Below are positions 9,024 to 18,489 of a stretch of DNA of 64,000 nt, in pieces. A model generated the notes under the pieces. It searched no databases and was not told the DNA's origin. It saw nothing but the letters and a program-made list of their open reading frames with translations. The position numbers were made by a program, and so were the translations under genes. Each line of letters begins with the position of its first letter. Position 1 is the first letter of the stretch. Origin of the DNA: a virus. Lineage: Duplodnaviria > Caudoviricetes. The stretch is from positions 5,113-69,112 of IMG/VR virus record IMGVR_UViG_3300044840_000026; one strand, written 5' to 3'.

Positions 9024-9226
9024 TGATTGGGCGCTTCGTTAAGTCCTGGTGGAGCGGCTGGCCAGCGGTGTTTTGGTTCGTATCCTTTATATGGTGGATG
9101 GGAATCCTTCGCCATGACGTTGTTCGCCACCGATGGATTTCGTCGGGGTGGGATCTGGCCTTTCTGGCTCTCGCTTTTTATTGGGCCGCCAAGTCAGTAG
9201 AGCGATACGACAAGAAGCACCAGTAA
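9023..9226 (+). CDS. Small membrane protein
   Basis: Two Trp-rich hydrophobic segments. Confidence 0.6.
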   Translation: MIGRFVKSWWSGWPAVFWFVSFIWWMGILRHDVVRHRWISSGWDLAFLALAFYWAAKSVERYDKKHQ

Positions 9227-9408
9227 TGCTCGGGTGCCCGACAGGCGAATGCTCACATGACGAGAGATTGCACGATGCGTCTATAAGCGGCCACCCCGTG
9301 TGTTTTGCCGGGGGCTGTGACTGCGGGCGTAGCGGAGGAATGTCCGTGGGCGCCCAATGCTCGCCTTTGATGCCAAGCTCGTCTATCAGCCTGGAGTGTC
9401 CGATATGA
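9226..9408 (+). CDS. Small Cys/His-rich protein
   Basis: TAATG overlap; CPTGECSH...H...C...CDC. Confidence 0.45.
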   Translation: MLGCPTGECSHDERLHDASISGHPVCFAGGCDCGRSGGMSVGAQCSPLMPSSSISLECPI

Positions 9409-9632
9409 GGTTATTTCGCCGCTCACATCGTGAGCCTAAGCATTCCTATCCAGAGAGCATTCCAGCATTCGACACGCTGGCGATAGATGCTCCAAAAGCA
9501 TACGCTCAACGCCCCTCATGCCCATTGTGTGGGGAAACCAAACGTCGCGTCTGCACAAGATCGTTTGCTTCGGAGTTCCGTTGCACAAATGACGAATGCT
9601 CAGTCAAAGGGGACTACCTATGGGCTATGTAA
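9405..9632 (+). CDS. Small Zn-ribbon protein
   Basis: CPLCG...C...FRCTNDEC; ATGA overlap. Confidence 0.5.
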   Translation: MRLFRRSHREPKHSYPESIPAFDTLAIDAPKAYAQRPSCPLCGETKRRVCTRSFASEFRCTNDECSVKGDYLWAM

Positions 9633-9728
9633 TCACGGGTTTGGTTTGCGGCGTCGCGGGCTTTTTGCTCGCATGCGGAGCGGCCTGGGTGATCAACAAA
9701 CTAGAAGACTGGCCCTAAATCAGAGCGA

Positions 9729-9763
9729 TTGACGTTGTAGGCGCGATCACTTAGAATGATCGC
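9729..9763 (+). promoter_or_regulatory. Consensus promoter of repressor 2 with overlapping palindrome
   Basis: TTGACG-N17-TAGAAT; GCGATCA-N7-TGATCGC (9743-9763) covers the -10. Confidence 0.75.
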
Positions 9764-9764
9764 T

Positions 9765-10163
9765 ATGAGCCGTACCGATTCCCCCATCCGGCCTATTGTG
9801 TCGTCCATTCGCTTCGATGTCGCCCGTGTGCTCACCCGCATGGCCAACGAGCAAGGGCTATCACGATCGACCCTCTACACCCGCCTCCGCCGGCCACGAC
9901 AGACCGTCGACAACTGGCTTTGCGCCCGTGCCGTTCCACGTCTTGAGGATTTCCCCGACGTTGACAAGGCCCTGGGGTTCTTCCGCGGGAAAGTGCTCGT
10001 CGAGACCGGATTCGTAGATGAAGAGGCCACCGCCAAAAACTGGCTCGCCACTACTGAGTCGATTGCTCCAGAGTTCCGACCGTTCATTCTTGACGCCATC
10101 ACTGCGGCACAGACTCGTAGTCGCGCAGACAGTCGTCCCGAACAAGGGCGCTTGGTCGGTTAG
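9765..10163 (+). CDS. XRE-like HTH regulator (paralogue 2)
   Basis: Shares TV..W.....PRL.DFP....ALG...G..L...GFV with 2566-2988. Confidence 0.7.
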   Translation: MSRTDSPIRPIVSSIRFDVARVLTRMANEQGLSRSTLYTRLRRPRQTVDNWLCARAVPRLEDFPDVDKALGFFRGKVLVETGFVDEEATAKNWLATTESIAPEFRPFILDAITAAQTRSRADSRPEQGRLVG

Positions 10164-10191
10164 CGTTTAAAAGTGGTGGGGTGGAAGCCAC

Positions 10192-10233
10192 AAGCCCCCG
10201 ACGACAGACCCCAAGCCTTGTCGTCGGGGGCTT
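10192..10233. terminator. Bidirectional terminator hairpin
   Basis: 15-bp perfect stem AAGCCCCCGACGACA / TGTCGTCGGGGGCTT between convergent genes. Confidence 0.85.
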
Positions 10234-10236
10234 TCG

Positions 10237-10880
10237 TCATTCCGCACACGTTGCGTGAGTGAGGAAGGCCTGCGCCGCGACGACTTCTTGCCCAGTCGTA
10301 CACGGTTGGAGGCCTCAGCACAAGGCGTTCCGCAGTGAACGTCGCCTTCGCAAAGGATCAGCCGCAGCACTGGGCCAAGACGCTCGAGTCGTTCGGATGT
10401 CAAGTACCGCTCACCCTGGTATTCCTTCAAGCATGGTTTGCACCAGCTTTTGAGCTGACCCGTCCGCTTGTTCTTGATGCCGAATGCCCTCTTGGGTTGA
10501 GGTCCGCAGCGACCGCAGATGCGGACACCGGCACGCGGTTCCTTCTTGCGCTTTTTGGCGGCGTTGGCCTTATGTAGATTCTTCGGCACCGGCTTTACAG
10601 GTTCGGGATCTGGTTTGTGCGGAGGTATCAACGGGTCACCAGCGCGTGCCGGTACTGACGTGAGCTTGACTCGTCGGCCGGCGCGCAACTGCTCCCATGC
10701 CGCAGCCACCATCGGAATCGGCACACTTACCGCGGCTGCAAGCTCAGCGACTGTTCGTGGCGACTTCCTTACGAGCCCGGAGTCAAGAACGAGAGCAAGT
10801 ACCTCGGCGGCTACCTGTAGCTCGGTTCTCCCACCCGGTAGGCCGTAGGCATTTCGCTTATCTGTCACGAAAGTGCTCAT
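10237..10880 (-). CDS. Winged-HTH plus Zn-finger protein; 1-nt deletion at ~10313
   Basis: RTVAELAAAVSVPIPMVAAAWEQL; CGRC...WCKPC; restoring one T gives CAECLQPC...THATCAE* ending just before the terminator. Confidence 0.65.
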
Positions 10881-10908
10881 CGCTCTGCGTCACTCAAAGA
10901 ATGCAAAT

Positions 10909-10970
10909 TGCTCATAAAGTGAGCATAGCTGTGATACCATCCCTCGCATAAGCGGCGCCGGATGCCCGCG
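10909..10970 (+). promoter_or_regulatory. Capsid-operon late promoter with TGCTCA box and 20-nt leader
   Basis: TGCTCA-TAAAG-TGAGCA (10909-10925), 9 nt, TACCAT, then AGCGGCGCCGGATGCCCGCG (10951-10970). Confidence 0.8.
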
Positions 10971-11054
10971 CTGGATCTCGTCTTGGTGACGACGACAGCA
11001 CCGTAAAGACCAAATCGGATTGCGCAAACGCGCAAGGCATCTCGGAGGCCCAAA

Positions 11055-11972
11055 GTGGCAGAAAACGTTTATACCAGCTGGATTCCTGAGGAATTTAGCG
11101 GCAATGTCATTCAACGTGTCAACCAGGTTTCGGCTATCGAGGCCCTTGCACGTCGTGAACCCATGTCAACAAACGTGCGTTCCGTTCCTCGTTCCGGTGG
11201 TGTTGATGTTGAGTCAATCCCCAACGGCGGCGTTTACGGTGAAGACACCACGGCAAACGATGGCGTGCTGCTGACCGCTCGTAAGTTCGGTAAGGCCATT
11301 CGCATTGCGGATGAGGACCTCAAGGACTCCACGATGGTCGACATCATTGCGACCAAGCAAATCGACTGGGCAACGTCCTACGGCAAGATGCTCGACAACT
11401 CGTCAGTTGGTGTAACGGGTGCAACCAACGGAACAACCATTCCGTTCAGCTCGGTTTACTACCAGCTTGCGCACACCAACGCGACTACTGGCTACACCGC
11501 CAATTCCAACATCACCCAGACCGGCTCAGGTGGCGTCTCATACGACAACATCTCCGCAGCCTGGGGCTCATACGAGCAAGGCGACTACTTCGACTTGAGC
11601 GACACAATCGTGATCGCCCACAGCTCGTTCCGCGCCAAGTTCCGTGGAGTAAAGGACAACTACGGTCGTCCGATCTTCCAAGAGAACGCTCATCCAGGCA
11701 TCGACACCTTGTTTGGTGCGGTTATCCACTGGTCAACGTCTCTCAAGACTTCGGCAGTGGCTACACCGAACCCAGTCGGTAACCCACTCATGTTGGTTGG
11801 TAACAAGCAATACCTGATCCTCGGCGTCCGTTCTGGCCCTGAGTCTCGTGTTGCCGGTGCCGACAGCGGTGCTGCATTCCTCACTGACGAGGCATTGCTC
11901 AAGATGCGTTCTCGTCGTGGATTCAATGTCGGTCACGAGAAGGCATTGAGCATCCTGGAAGACAACCACTAA
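11055..11972 (+). CDS. Major capsid protein (HK97 fold)
   Basis: 305 aa; WIPEEFSGNVIQ, LTARKFGKAIRIADEDL, VKDNYGRPIF, LKMRSRRGF; GGAGG RBS; heads the structural operon. Confidence 0.9.
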   Translation: MAENVYTSWIPEEFSGNVIQRVNQVSAIEALARREPMSTNVRSVPRSGGVDVESIPNGGVYGEDTTANDGVLLTARKFGKAIRIADEDLKDSTMVDIIATKQIDWATSYGKMLDNSSVGVTGATNGTTIPFSSVYYQLAHTNATTGYTANSNITQTGSGGVSYDNISAAWGSYEQGDYFDLSDTIVIAHSSFRAKFRGVKDNYGRPIFQENAHPGIDTLFGAVIHWSTSLKTSAVATPNPVGNPLMLVGNKQYLILGVRSGPESRVAGADSGAAFLTDEALLKMRSRRGFNVGHEKALSILEDNH

Positions 11973-11983
11973 ATCAAACGCTT

Positions 11984-12028
11984 AGTGCTCGCAGGGCCTA
12001 TTCGGGGGAATCCGGTCCTGCGAGCACT
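11984..12028 (+). terminator. Hairpin after the capsid gene
   Basis: AGTGCTCGCAGG / CCTGCGAGCACT inverted repeat followed by GATTT. Confidence 0.7.
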
Positions 12029-12048
12029 GATTTCTTAGGGGGTGAACC

Positions 12049-12579
12049 ATGCCGCAAGTGATGTCCGACGAAGCTGGGATCACGGCATGGGCCACCACCG
12101 ACGAAGTGGCTGCGATAACGGGTGTCGATGAAACAACGATCACCGATGAGGCGATCAACCGCGCCCAGTACATCATCGACATGACCTCGGGTCGTTCGTT
12201 TGCAATGAAGCAGTTGCTTGAGAGCCACCTACACCAACGCGATCTGTACTACTTGAAGCTGGCAACGGCATATCAGACGGTATGGATGATGGCGCAACCT
12301 GACATGTTCACTCGTTCTGACTTGGGAAATCCCATCCAACAGGACAAGGGATTGTCAGTGAGCTTCATGCCGGGTGGCACGACTCTTGCTCCTCTCGCAA
12401 AGCGCGCCCTTCGTCGTTTGAGCTGGAAGGGATCACGCAGCCAAATGATTGGGCGCCGCGGCGAACTCACCATGAACGACTTCATGAACCCAACAGGTCC
12501 GATCGTTGATCAACCAGGCGAAGCGTGGTCTTCTCTCGGCGGCATCAACGACTCATCTGCCATTTGGGAAGGTGACTGA
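12049..12579 (+). CDS. Head-to-tail adaptor
   Basis: Position after capsid; WATTDEVAAITG, LKLATAYQ, LAPLAKRALRRLSW. Confidence 0.75.
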   Translation: MPQVMSDEAGITAWATTDEVAAITGVDETTITDEAINRAQYIIDMTSGRSFAMKQLLESHLHQRDLYYLKLATAYQTVWMMAQPDMFTRSDLGNPIQQDKGLSVSFMPGGTTLAPLAKRALRRLSWKGSRSQMIGRRGELTMNDFMNPTGPIVDQPGEAWSSLGGINDSSAIWEGD

Positions 12580-12911
12580 TGCTTGCGCCAGCCACGACAA
12601 CCATGTCGGTCATACGAGGAACGACAACCGATGAATTCGGTGACGTAATCGATGACAACTCAGTTGCTGTGAGTTCAGGAAATCCAGTGCAACTGACAGA
12701 GATCGCTCGCAATGTCTTCGATCAGGTGACGGGTACTCCGAAGATTGTTCGGACCATCACGGCTCTTGCCGGTTCAAATCTTGATGTCGTACAGACTGAT
12801 CGGCTGCGCGACGAAAAAACCGGCGCCATCTATGCCATCAACGACATCACTGCTGCGCAACGAATTGGCTACACGCCTGACTTGCGACTGGATCTAGAAA
12901 AAACAAACTGA
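12579..12911 (+). CDS. Head-to-tail stopper
   Basis: Position, size, TGATG overlap; RGTTTDEFGD, DRLRDEKTGAIY. Confidence 0.7.
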   Translation: MLAPATTTMSVIRGTTTDEFGDVIDDNSVAVSSGNPVQLTEIARNVFDQVTGTPKIVRTITALAGSNLDVVQTDRLRDEKTGAIYAINDITAAQRIGYTPDLRLDLEKTN

Positions 12912-12993
12912 ATAAACCAACGCTCAGAGATTCGCATACACCCGTAAACGGTGTGAATCAACAGGCGGCAACGTTCCGTAAAGGGGGTGCGCA

Positions 12994-13371
12994 ATGGTAG
13001 TTATGACTAATCCCGCCTGGGCTCAAGAAGCTATGGCCCGCGGGGGTTCTGAACTCCTCGACAAGATCGGTGAGGACATCGAACGCGATGCCATTGGTTT
13101 CGCACCCTTCAAGACAGGCGAACTCAAAGCAGCCATCGGTCACGAGATGCGCGGCGAGTCCACCGTTCGCATCGGCACGGGAGTTGGCGGACACCCATCA
13201 TGTGGCCATGCCGTGTATGTAGAACTCGGTACGCGCCCGCATGAGATCAACGTGAAGAACGCCAAGGTGCTGACAAACGGAGCTTCATTCTTCGGCAGGC
13301 ACGTCGATCACCCCGGTACGGCGCCACAGCCGTATTTGAGTCGCGCTCTCTACATAAGGCGCTCGGCATGA
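12994..13371 (+). CDS. HK97 gp10-like neck/tail-completion protein
   Basis: APFKTGELKAAI, AVYVELGTRPH, HPGTAPQPYL. Confidence 0.85.
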   Translation: MVVMTNPAWAQEAMARGGSELLDKIGEDIERDAIGFAPFKTGELKAAIGHEMRGESTVRIGTGVGGHPSCGHAVYVELGTRPHEINVKNAKVLTNGASFFGRHVDHPGTAPQPYLSRALYIRRSA

Positions 13372-13817
13372 CGATCCTTCATGCAAACACCGAACTCGTC
13401 GCTGTCGCGTGGCTTAGCGGCGTCAATGGCATTTCGCCGGCCATGGTCGGTACAACGGTGCCCGAAGACAACTCAACCTGGGCTGCGTCGGGATTCTTGC
13501 AGGTTGAGGTTCTTGGCGGCACTCCTGGTTTCAACTTGCCATGGGTGAACCCAGTCGTGCGCGTTCATTCATGGGCCAATACCGGCACATCAAAGAAAGT
13601 CCCATGGGGTAAGGCAGCGAACCTTCTTGAACTCGTGCGTGATGCAACTTACGTCGAAGCAGGCAAACGACGCGTGACACTTCCCAGCGGTTTCCCCCAG
13701 GCTCGTGTGGCCGTCGCTGGGCTTGTAGGCGAGCCGCACCGTGTCCCCGCCGACACTGCTTCGTATGCCCATTACTACGTCGATATGCAAATGAATTGGC
13801 TGGAGGTAGCCGCATGA
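13368..13817 (+). CDS. Tail terminator
   Basis: Position before the major tail gene; ELVAVAWL..., PVVRVHSW. Confidence 0.7.
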   Translation: MTILHANTELVAVAWLSGVNGISPAMVGTTVPEDNSTWAASGFLQVEVLGGTPGFNLPWVNPVVRVHSWANTGTSKKVPWGKAANLLELVRDATYVEAGKRRVTLPSGFPQARVAVAGLVGEPHRVPADTASYAHYYVDMQMNWLEVAA

Positions 13818-13996
13818 GAATTCGCACGACCATCACCCCCTCGGTGGTGATGGAGGTCTCTGACTCAGAGTTCAAAGACCTCAAAGCACAAGGCCTCATT
13901 CACGAAGTCGTGAGTGACGAACCTTCCACGGGTCAACCGCCGGAAGAACCAAACACAGATGGGGACCTAGAGACCCCGGAAAACAAGGAGGACTGA
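13814..13996 (+). CDS. Small structural-region hypothetical protein
   Basis: ATGA overlap; MRIRTTITPSVVMEVSDSEF. Confidence 0.6.
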   Translation: MRIRTTITPSVVMEVSDSEFKDLKAQGLIHEVVSDEPSTGQPPEEPNTDGDLETPENKED

Positions 13997-13997
13997 C

Positions 13998-14558
13998 ATG
14001 TCGGTCACTACATCGAACCTGGTCATGGGTCCAGCCACCATCTACTTTGGTGCGTTCGGAGCAACAGAACCAGATCCAACTAACATCAACACAACTCCCG
14101 CAGCGTCAGCATGGACTGACCTCGGTGGAACGATGGACGGTGCTGAATGGAGCATCTCCCAGACATACACAGACTTGCAGGTTGACCAATTGGTCGACAA
14201 GGTTGGCGCGCGTTTGACTGGTCGTGACGTTCAGTTAACGACAAACCTCGCGGAGATCACGCTAAGTAACCTGGCGTTTATTCTCAACGACGGCACAACT
14301 GCGTCGGGTGCGAACTACAAGACATATACGCCCAACTTCGCCACGTCGGCTACACAGCCCACGTATCACGCGTTGTTGATGGACGGTTTTGGACCCAACC
14401 AGGAACGACGTCGCGTGATCATGCGCCGTTGTCTCTCCACCAAGGGCACCAAGATTCCCTACAGCAAGTCCAAGCAAACCATGACGCCAGTGACGTGGGA
14501 CGCCTATTACGTGTCCAACTCAATCGCTTCGTTCGTGATCATTGACGAGGCTGACTAG
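13998..14558 (+). CDS. Major tail protein
   Basis: NLVMGPATIYFG, WTDLGGTMDG, VDQLVD, LAEITLSNL; precedes the chaperone pair. Confidence 0.85.
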   Translation: MSVTTSNLVMGPATIYFGAFGATEPDPTNINTTPAASAWTDLGGTMDGAEWSISQTYTDLQVDQLVDKVGARLTGRDVQLTTNLAEITLSNLAFILNDGTTASGANYKTYTPNFATSATQPTYHALLMDGFGPNQERRRVIMRRCLSTKGTKIPYSKSKQTMTPVTWDAYYVSNSIASFVIIDEAD

Positions 14559-14905
14559 TGGGCGACGTTGACCTCGACAACGCGCAACCTGTTGAGCTGA
14601 CGACAAATACAGACCAGACATCGCCCGAACTCAGACATCTGTTTTCGATCGATGGCAAGCCGTATTACATCGTCAACAAGCCTCGACCAAACATCGCACT
14701 CAAATCACTTTGGGTTCTCAAGACCCAAGGTGAAGAGCAAGCGCAAATGACAATGCTTGTTGCCATGCTCGGGGAGGACGGATATCAGGCGTTGATGAAC
14801 TATGACGACCTGACAGCCGACCAGCTCGAGCAGATCGTCAAGATTGCCAACGACACGGTATTCGGGACGCTGGCGGCATCAACAGGCGAGTCGGGAAAAG
14901 GTTAG
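14558..14905 (+). CDS. Tail assembly chaperone (gpG-like)
   Basis: Position between major tail and tape measure; ends with a slippery site. Confidence 0.8.
   Translation: MGDVDLDNAQPVELTTNTDQTSPELRHLFSIDGKPYYIVNKPRPNIALKSLWVLKTQGEEQAQMTMLVAMLGEDGYQALMNYDDLTADQLEQIVKIANDTVFGTLAASTGESGKG
14893..14899 (+). other. Programmed -1 frameshift site G GGA AAA
   Basis: Canonical X XXY YYZ-type heptamer; the -1 frame is open into the 14956-15288 ORF. Confidence 0.85.
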
Positions 14906-15288
14906 AGGCCCACGCTGATGAGTTTGAGCAGGTCGTTGCTTGGAAGGGCGGCGACTTGCTCAGACGGGCTTTGCACATTGGGTGGGTCATCAATTACCTC
15001 GAAGACCTCGAAGCTGATTTTCGAGTCTTCTACCGGGTCGATGACTTTGACGAGATTGACGGGCCGAAGTTCTTTCGCCTCGCAATGCGAGTGGGCGCAT
15101 ATCAAGGCGCCATCGCTGCGCGTATGGCCGAAGAGCGTGAGGAGGAAGAAGAGGTTGCTCCACGACAGGGACCGCCAAGACGACAGCAGAACACAGACGA
15201 CAGGACCGTGCGGGCGACCGTTGGTGAGCTCGGAATGGCGGCTCCTGGCTGGTTTGCATTCACGAAAGTAAAGAAGACGAAGGACTGA
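14893..15288 (+). CDS. Tail assembly chaperone, frameshifted extension (gpGT-like)
   Basis: In the -1 frame from the slippery site; DLEADFRVFYRVD...FFRLAMRVGAYQG. Confidence 0.8.
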   Translation, partial: GKRLEAHADEFEQVVAWKGGDLLRRALHIGWVINYLEDLEADFRVFYRVDDFDEIDGPKFFRLAMRVGAYQGAIAARMAEEREEEEEVAPRQGPPRRQQNTDDRTVRATVGELGMAAPGWFAFTKVKKTKD

Positions 15289-15291
15289 GAC

Positions 15292-18200
15292 ATGGCTGAC
15301 GAAGGTTTCAAAATTGCCGACGCCTATGTTGAGGTTCACGCGAGGGCGAATGAGTCTGACGGGGCTAAGGCCGCAGAAGAGATTGAAAAAGAAGTCGATT
15401 CCAAAAAGCCAACTGCCAAAGTTGGCGCTACTGCAGACCAGAAGGCTGGCCGAGCAGCAGGCGAGGACATCGCCGAGTCAGCTGGCAAAGGAATCAGCAG
15501 TCGCAGTTCGTTCTTGCGAGGCATCTTCTCCAGGACTGTTACTGACTCAAGATCCGATATCGCACGCGCTGCTCTCGATAACGGTGACGTAGCAGCTGCT
15601 CAGTTCGCTCTCGGGTTTCAACGTGACGCCGCGGGTAAGTTGCGCAACGCTAGTTCTCGGTTCGTTGCCGAGGGGCTGTCGGGTGTTGAAAGCGAGTTAC
15701 AGCGCATCGGGGAGAGCGGCGGCGACAAATTAGGCAATGGGTTCCTAAGTCGTGTCGTACCCTCCATCACCTCATTTGGTTCCGTTCTTTCCAGGCTCGG
15801 CCCCAAGATAAGTGAGGTCGGGGCCGCAGTCACTCGAATAGGCGTACTGGATGTCTTTGGGTCTCTGGCCGTAGGGGCGATGAATTTCGGCGCCTCACTT
15901 GGGCCTGTGCTGGGCCTCCTCGCTGCGATTCCCGCGGTTGCGATGTCTGCCGCAGCAGCCCTATCGACTCTTGCTATTGGGCTGGCCGGCGTGTTCAAAG
16001 CATTGTCGGCATTCGGTAAATCCTCTGGTGGTGGTGGCGGAGGCGGTGGGTCGAATCCTGCACAGCAGATACATCAACTCCAAGAGGCCGTGCATGCCGC
16101 TAGCGAGGCCGTTCAACAAGCCGACCACGGAATCGTCATTGCGGAACGAAGCGTGGCCGATGCTCAGCACCAAACTAAACAAGCCCAAGAGGCGCTAACT
16201 CAAGCGCGCCTCGATGCCGTTGCCGCCATTCAGGCATATGACAACCAGCTGGCTGACGCTCAAATCAGTGAGCGCCAGGCCATGTTCGACCTGCAAGACG
16301 CCCAGCAAACGTTGAACCAATACCAACAATGGGGCATCACGTCGGGCGAGAACTACCAGAAGGCCCAGCTTGGCGTTGTATCTGCCCAGCAGAAGTTAAA
16401 AGAAGCCAGTGAGAACGTCACCAGCACTCAAAAAGCGCAAGCTGACGCCCAGGCAAAAGGGGTCGATGGCAATTCACAAGTCATTTCGGCTCAAGATCAA
16501 GTCAATAAGGCGCTTGAGCAACAAAGCGACGCCTCCTACAACCTCCAGCAATCCCAGCAGCAACTAGCCGACGCAACCCAAAAGCTGGCCGACGCTCAAT
16601 ACAACCTTGCCCACTCGGCGGGTAGCGGAGGGGCGGCCGGGGGCATTAACCAGTTCGCTGCGGCACTAGCCAAACTGTCGCCGAACGCACGGGAGTTCGT
16701 GCTCGCGGTCGTCGGGCTAAAAGGCCAGTTCGACGCGCTGCGAGCCACGGTGCAACAGAACATGTTCGCGGGCCTGGCGACCGAAGTGAAGCAAACCGCC
16801 GCCGTTACATTCCCGACCTTGACGACTGGCATGGGTCTTGTTGCCACATCGTTCAATAACATGGCCAAAGCGGGTTTTGAGGCCGTCAAGACTCCGATCT
16901 TCCAAGGCGCGTTGGCGACGGTGTTTCGAGGTACGGCGCAAGCCACTCAGATGTGGGCCAGCGCAACAGGCCCGCTAATTACGGGACTCGCCAATCTCGC
17001 AGCAGTGGGGATGCCGTTCATTCTGCAATTCACCAAGGCTCTTACGAGCTGGCTAACTGCCAAGGGCGTGTTTCTGTCGTCGGCTGAAGGTGCCCAAAAG
17101 ATGCACGAGGTGCTGGGCAAGGCGGCAGATGCGGCCAGCAACCTATGGCACATTGCCCTAAATCTGGGTACTGCGCTCAAGAACATCGCTGGCGCCATGC
17201 ACGTCGAGGGCTTGCTTGCGAGCCTGTCGAAGGTGACCGCGGAGTTTGCGAAATGGACGGGTTCAGCTCAAGGCCAACAACAACTGTCGCAGTTCTTCCA
17301 GTTCCTTACCCAGACCGCGGCAAAGACCGCGGCCGTCATGCCTCTGGTGTGGAACGTGATTTCAAAGATCATCAACTTCCTAAATGCAAACCCGGCTATC
17401 AAGAACCTTGCCGAGGACTTCTTGGCGTGGTCGATCGCGCTCGGCCCGGTTATTTCGCTCGGCGGCAAGGTGGTATCCATCGTGGGAGGATTCTCCAAGA
17501 TCGTCGGCCCAGTCAAAGCCCTTGCCGCGTCGTTCAAGGAGGGAGGGACAGCCGCAAAACTTCTTAGCGGAGAAATGACTGTGTTGGATGTGATCATGTC
17601 TGCCAATCCAATCTTCCTGATTGTCGCGGCCCTCGTCGTGTTGGGCGTTGCCTTCTACGAGGCGTATCACCACATCACTCCATTTCGTAACGCAGTGAAT
17701 GAAGTGGCGTCCTTCCTTAAGACGGTCGTAGTCGACGCGTTTCACATTTTGCAATCCGTCGTAACCACGGTGTTTTCGTTCATCGTGGGCTACATCTCGG
17801 GGCAAGTCAATGCCGTCATCTCATTCATCGGCTTTCTAAGCCGCATCCCCGGCGACATTGGGGGTTGGTTCCGCTCTGCGTACAACGCGGTGGTCGGGGC
17901 GCTTGGTGACATGGTGAGCTTTGTCAGCGGCATTCCCGGCAAGGTGATCGGCGCACTGGGTGATGTCGGTTCGATGCTCTACGACTCTGGTAAGTCGATC
18001 ATCAGAGGCTTGATAAACGGCATCAAAAATATGGCGGGCGGAGTTAAAGATGCGGTGAGCGGCGTCCTCAAGGATGCTCGTAACTTGCTGCCGTTCTCGC
18101 CTGCAAAAGAAGGCCCGTTCAGCGGTAAGGGATGGACCCTGTACTCAGGCCAGGCAATGATGCAGGGCCTAAGTGAAGGTATCGACTCGCAATTAAGTGC

Positions 18201-18489
18201 CGTGAAGTCAAGCGCCGCACGGGCCATGACTGCCGCTTCCTCGGCTTTCAAGGGCGGTAAGTTTGGCCTGGCGCTCACGGGAGCGGGCGGTTCAAGCCTT
18301 CCGAACACGTCTGGCCCGACCAGCTTGTCGGCGGCTAATAACTCCGCCACCCCAGGTTCAACAATCACTGTCGGGAATCTGACGTTGCAAGTCAACGGCG
18401 CCATGGACCTGACATCGGATAGTGACAGGCGGAAACTCGTTCGCAAGATCCGCGACGAGCTTGTGAAACTGGAATCGAGTACCCGTTAA
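15292..18489 (+). CDS. Tape measure protein
   Basis: 1065 aa, Ala/Gln coiled coil, W/F-periodic repeats, LPFSPAKEGPFSG. Confidence 0.95.
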   Translation: MADEGFKIADAYVEVHARANESDGAKAAEEIEKEVDSKKPTAKVGATADQKAGRAAGEDIAESAGKGISSRSSFLRGIFSRTVTDSRSDIARAALDNGDVAAAQFALGFQRDAAGKLRNASSRFVAEGLSGVESELQRIGESGGDKLGNGFLSRVVPSITSFGSVLSRLGPKISEVGAAVTRIGVLDVFGSLAVGAMNFGASLGPVLGLLAAIPAVAMSAAAALSTLAIGLAGVFKALSAFGKSSGGGGGGGGSNPAQQIHQLQEAVHAASEAVQQADHGIVIAERSVADAQHQTKQAQEALTQARLDAVAAIQAYDNQLADAQISERQAMFDLQDAQQTLNQYQQWGITSGENYQKAQLGVVSAQQKLKEASENVTSTQKAQADAQAKGVDGNSQVISAQDQVNKALEQQSDASYNLQQSQQQLADATQKLADAQYNLAHSAGSGGAAGGINQFAAALAKLSPNAREFVLAVVGLKGQFDALRATVQQNMFAGLATEVKQTAAVTFPTLTTGMGLVATSFNNMAKAGFEAVKTPIFQGALATVFRGTAQATQMWASATGPLITGLANLAAVGMPFILQFTKALTSWLTAKGVFLSSAEGAQKMHEVLGKAADAASNLWHIALNLGTALKNIAGAMHVEGLLASLSKVTAEFAKWTGSAQGQQQLSQFFQFLTQTAAKTAAVMPLVWNVISKIINFLNANPAIKNLAEDFLAWSIALGPVISLGGKVVSIVGGFSKIVGPVKALAASFKEGGTAAKLLSGEMTVLDVIMSANPIFLIVAALVVLGVAFYEAYHHITPFRNAVNEVASFLKTVVVDAFHILQSVVTTVFSFIVGYISGQVNAVISFIGFLSRIPGDIGGWFRSAYNAVVGALGDMVSFVSGIPGKVIGALGDVGSMLYDSGKSIIRGLINGIKNMAGGVKDAVSGVLKDARNLLPFSPAKEGPFSGKGWTLYSGQAMMQGLSEGIDSQLSAVKSSAARAMTAASSAFKGGKFGLALTGAGGSSLPNTSGPTSLSAANNSATPGSTITVGNLTLQVNGAMDLTSDSDRRKLVRKIRDELVKLESSTR

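Noticed and set aside
10167-10236. Tracked C-terminus of the wHTH-Zn finger protein
   Set aside because: Reads through the terminator hairpin; a frameshift-corrected stop at 10237 is more plausible
12920-12960. Additional TGCTCA late box before the neck gene
   Set aside because: Only the left half (GCTCA) matches; the right half is TCGCAT
14893-14956. Sequencing frameshift in the tail chaperone
   Set aside because: Canonical programmed -1 slippery site at the conserved G/GT position
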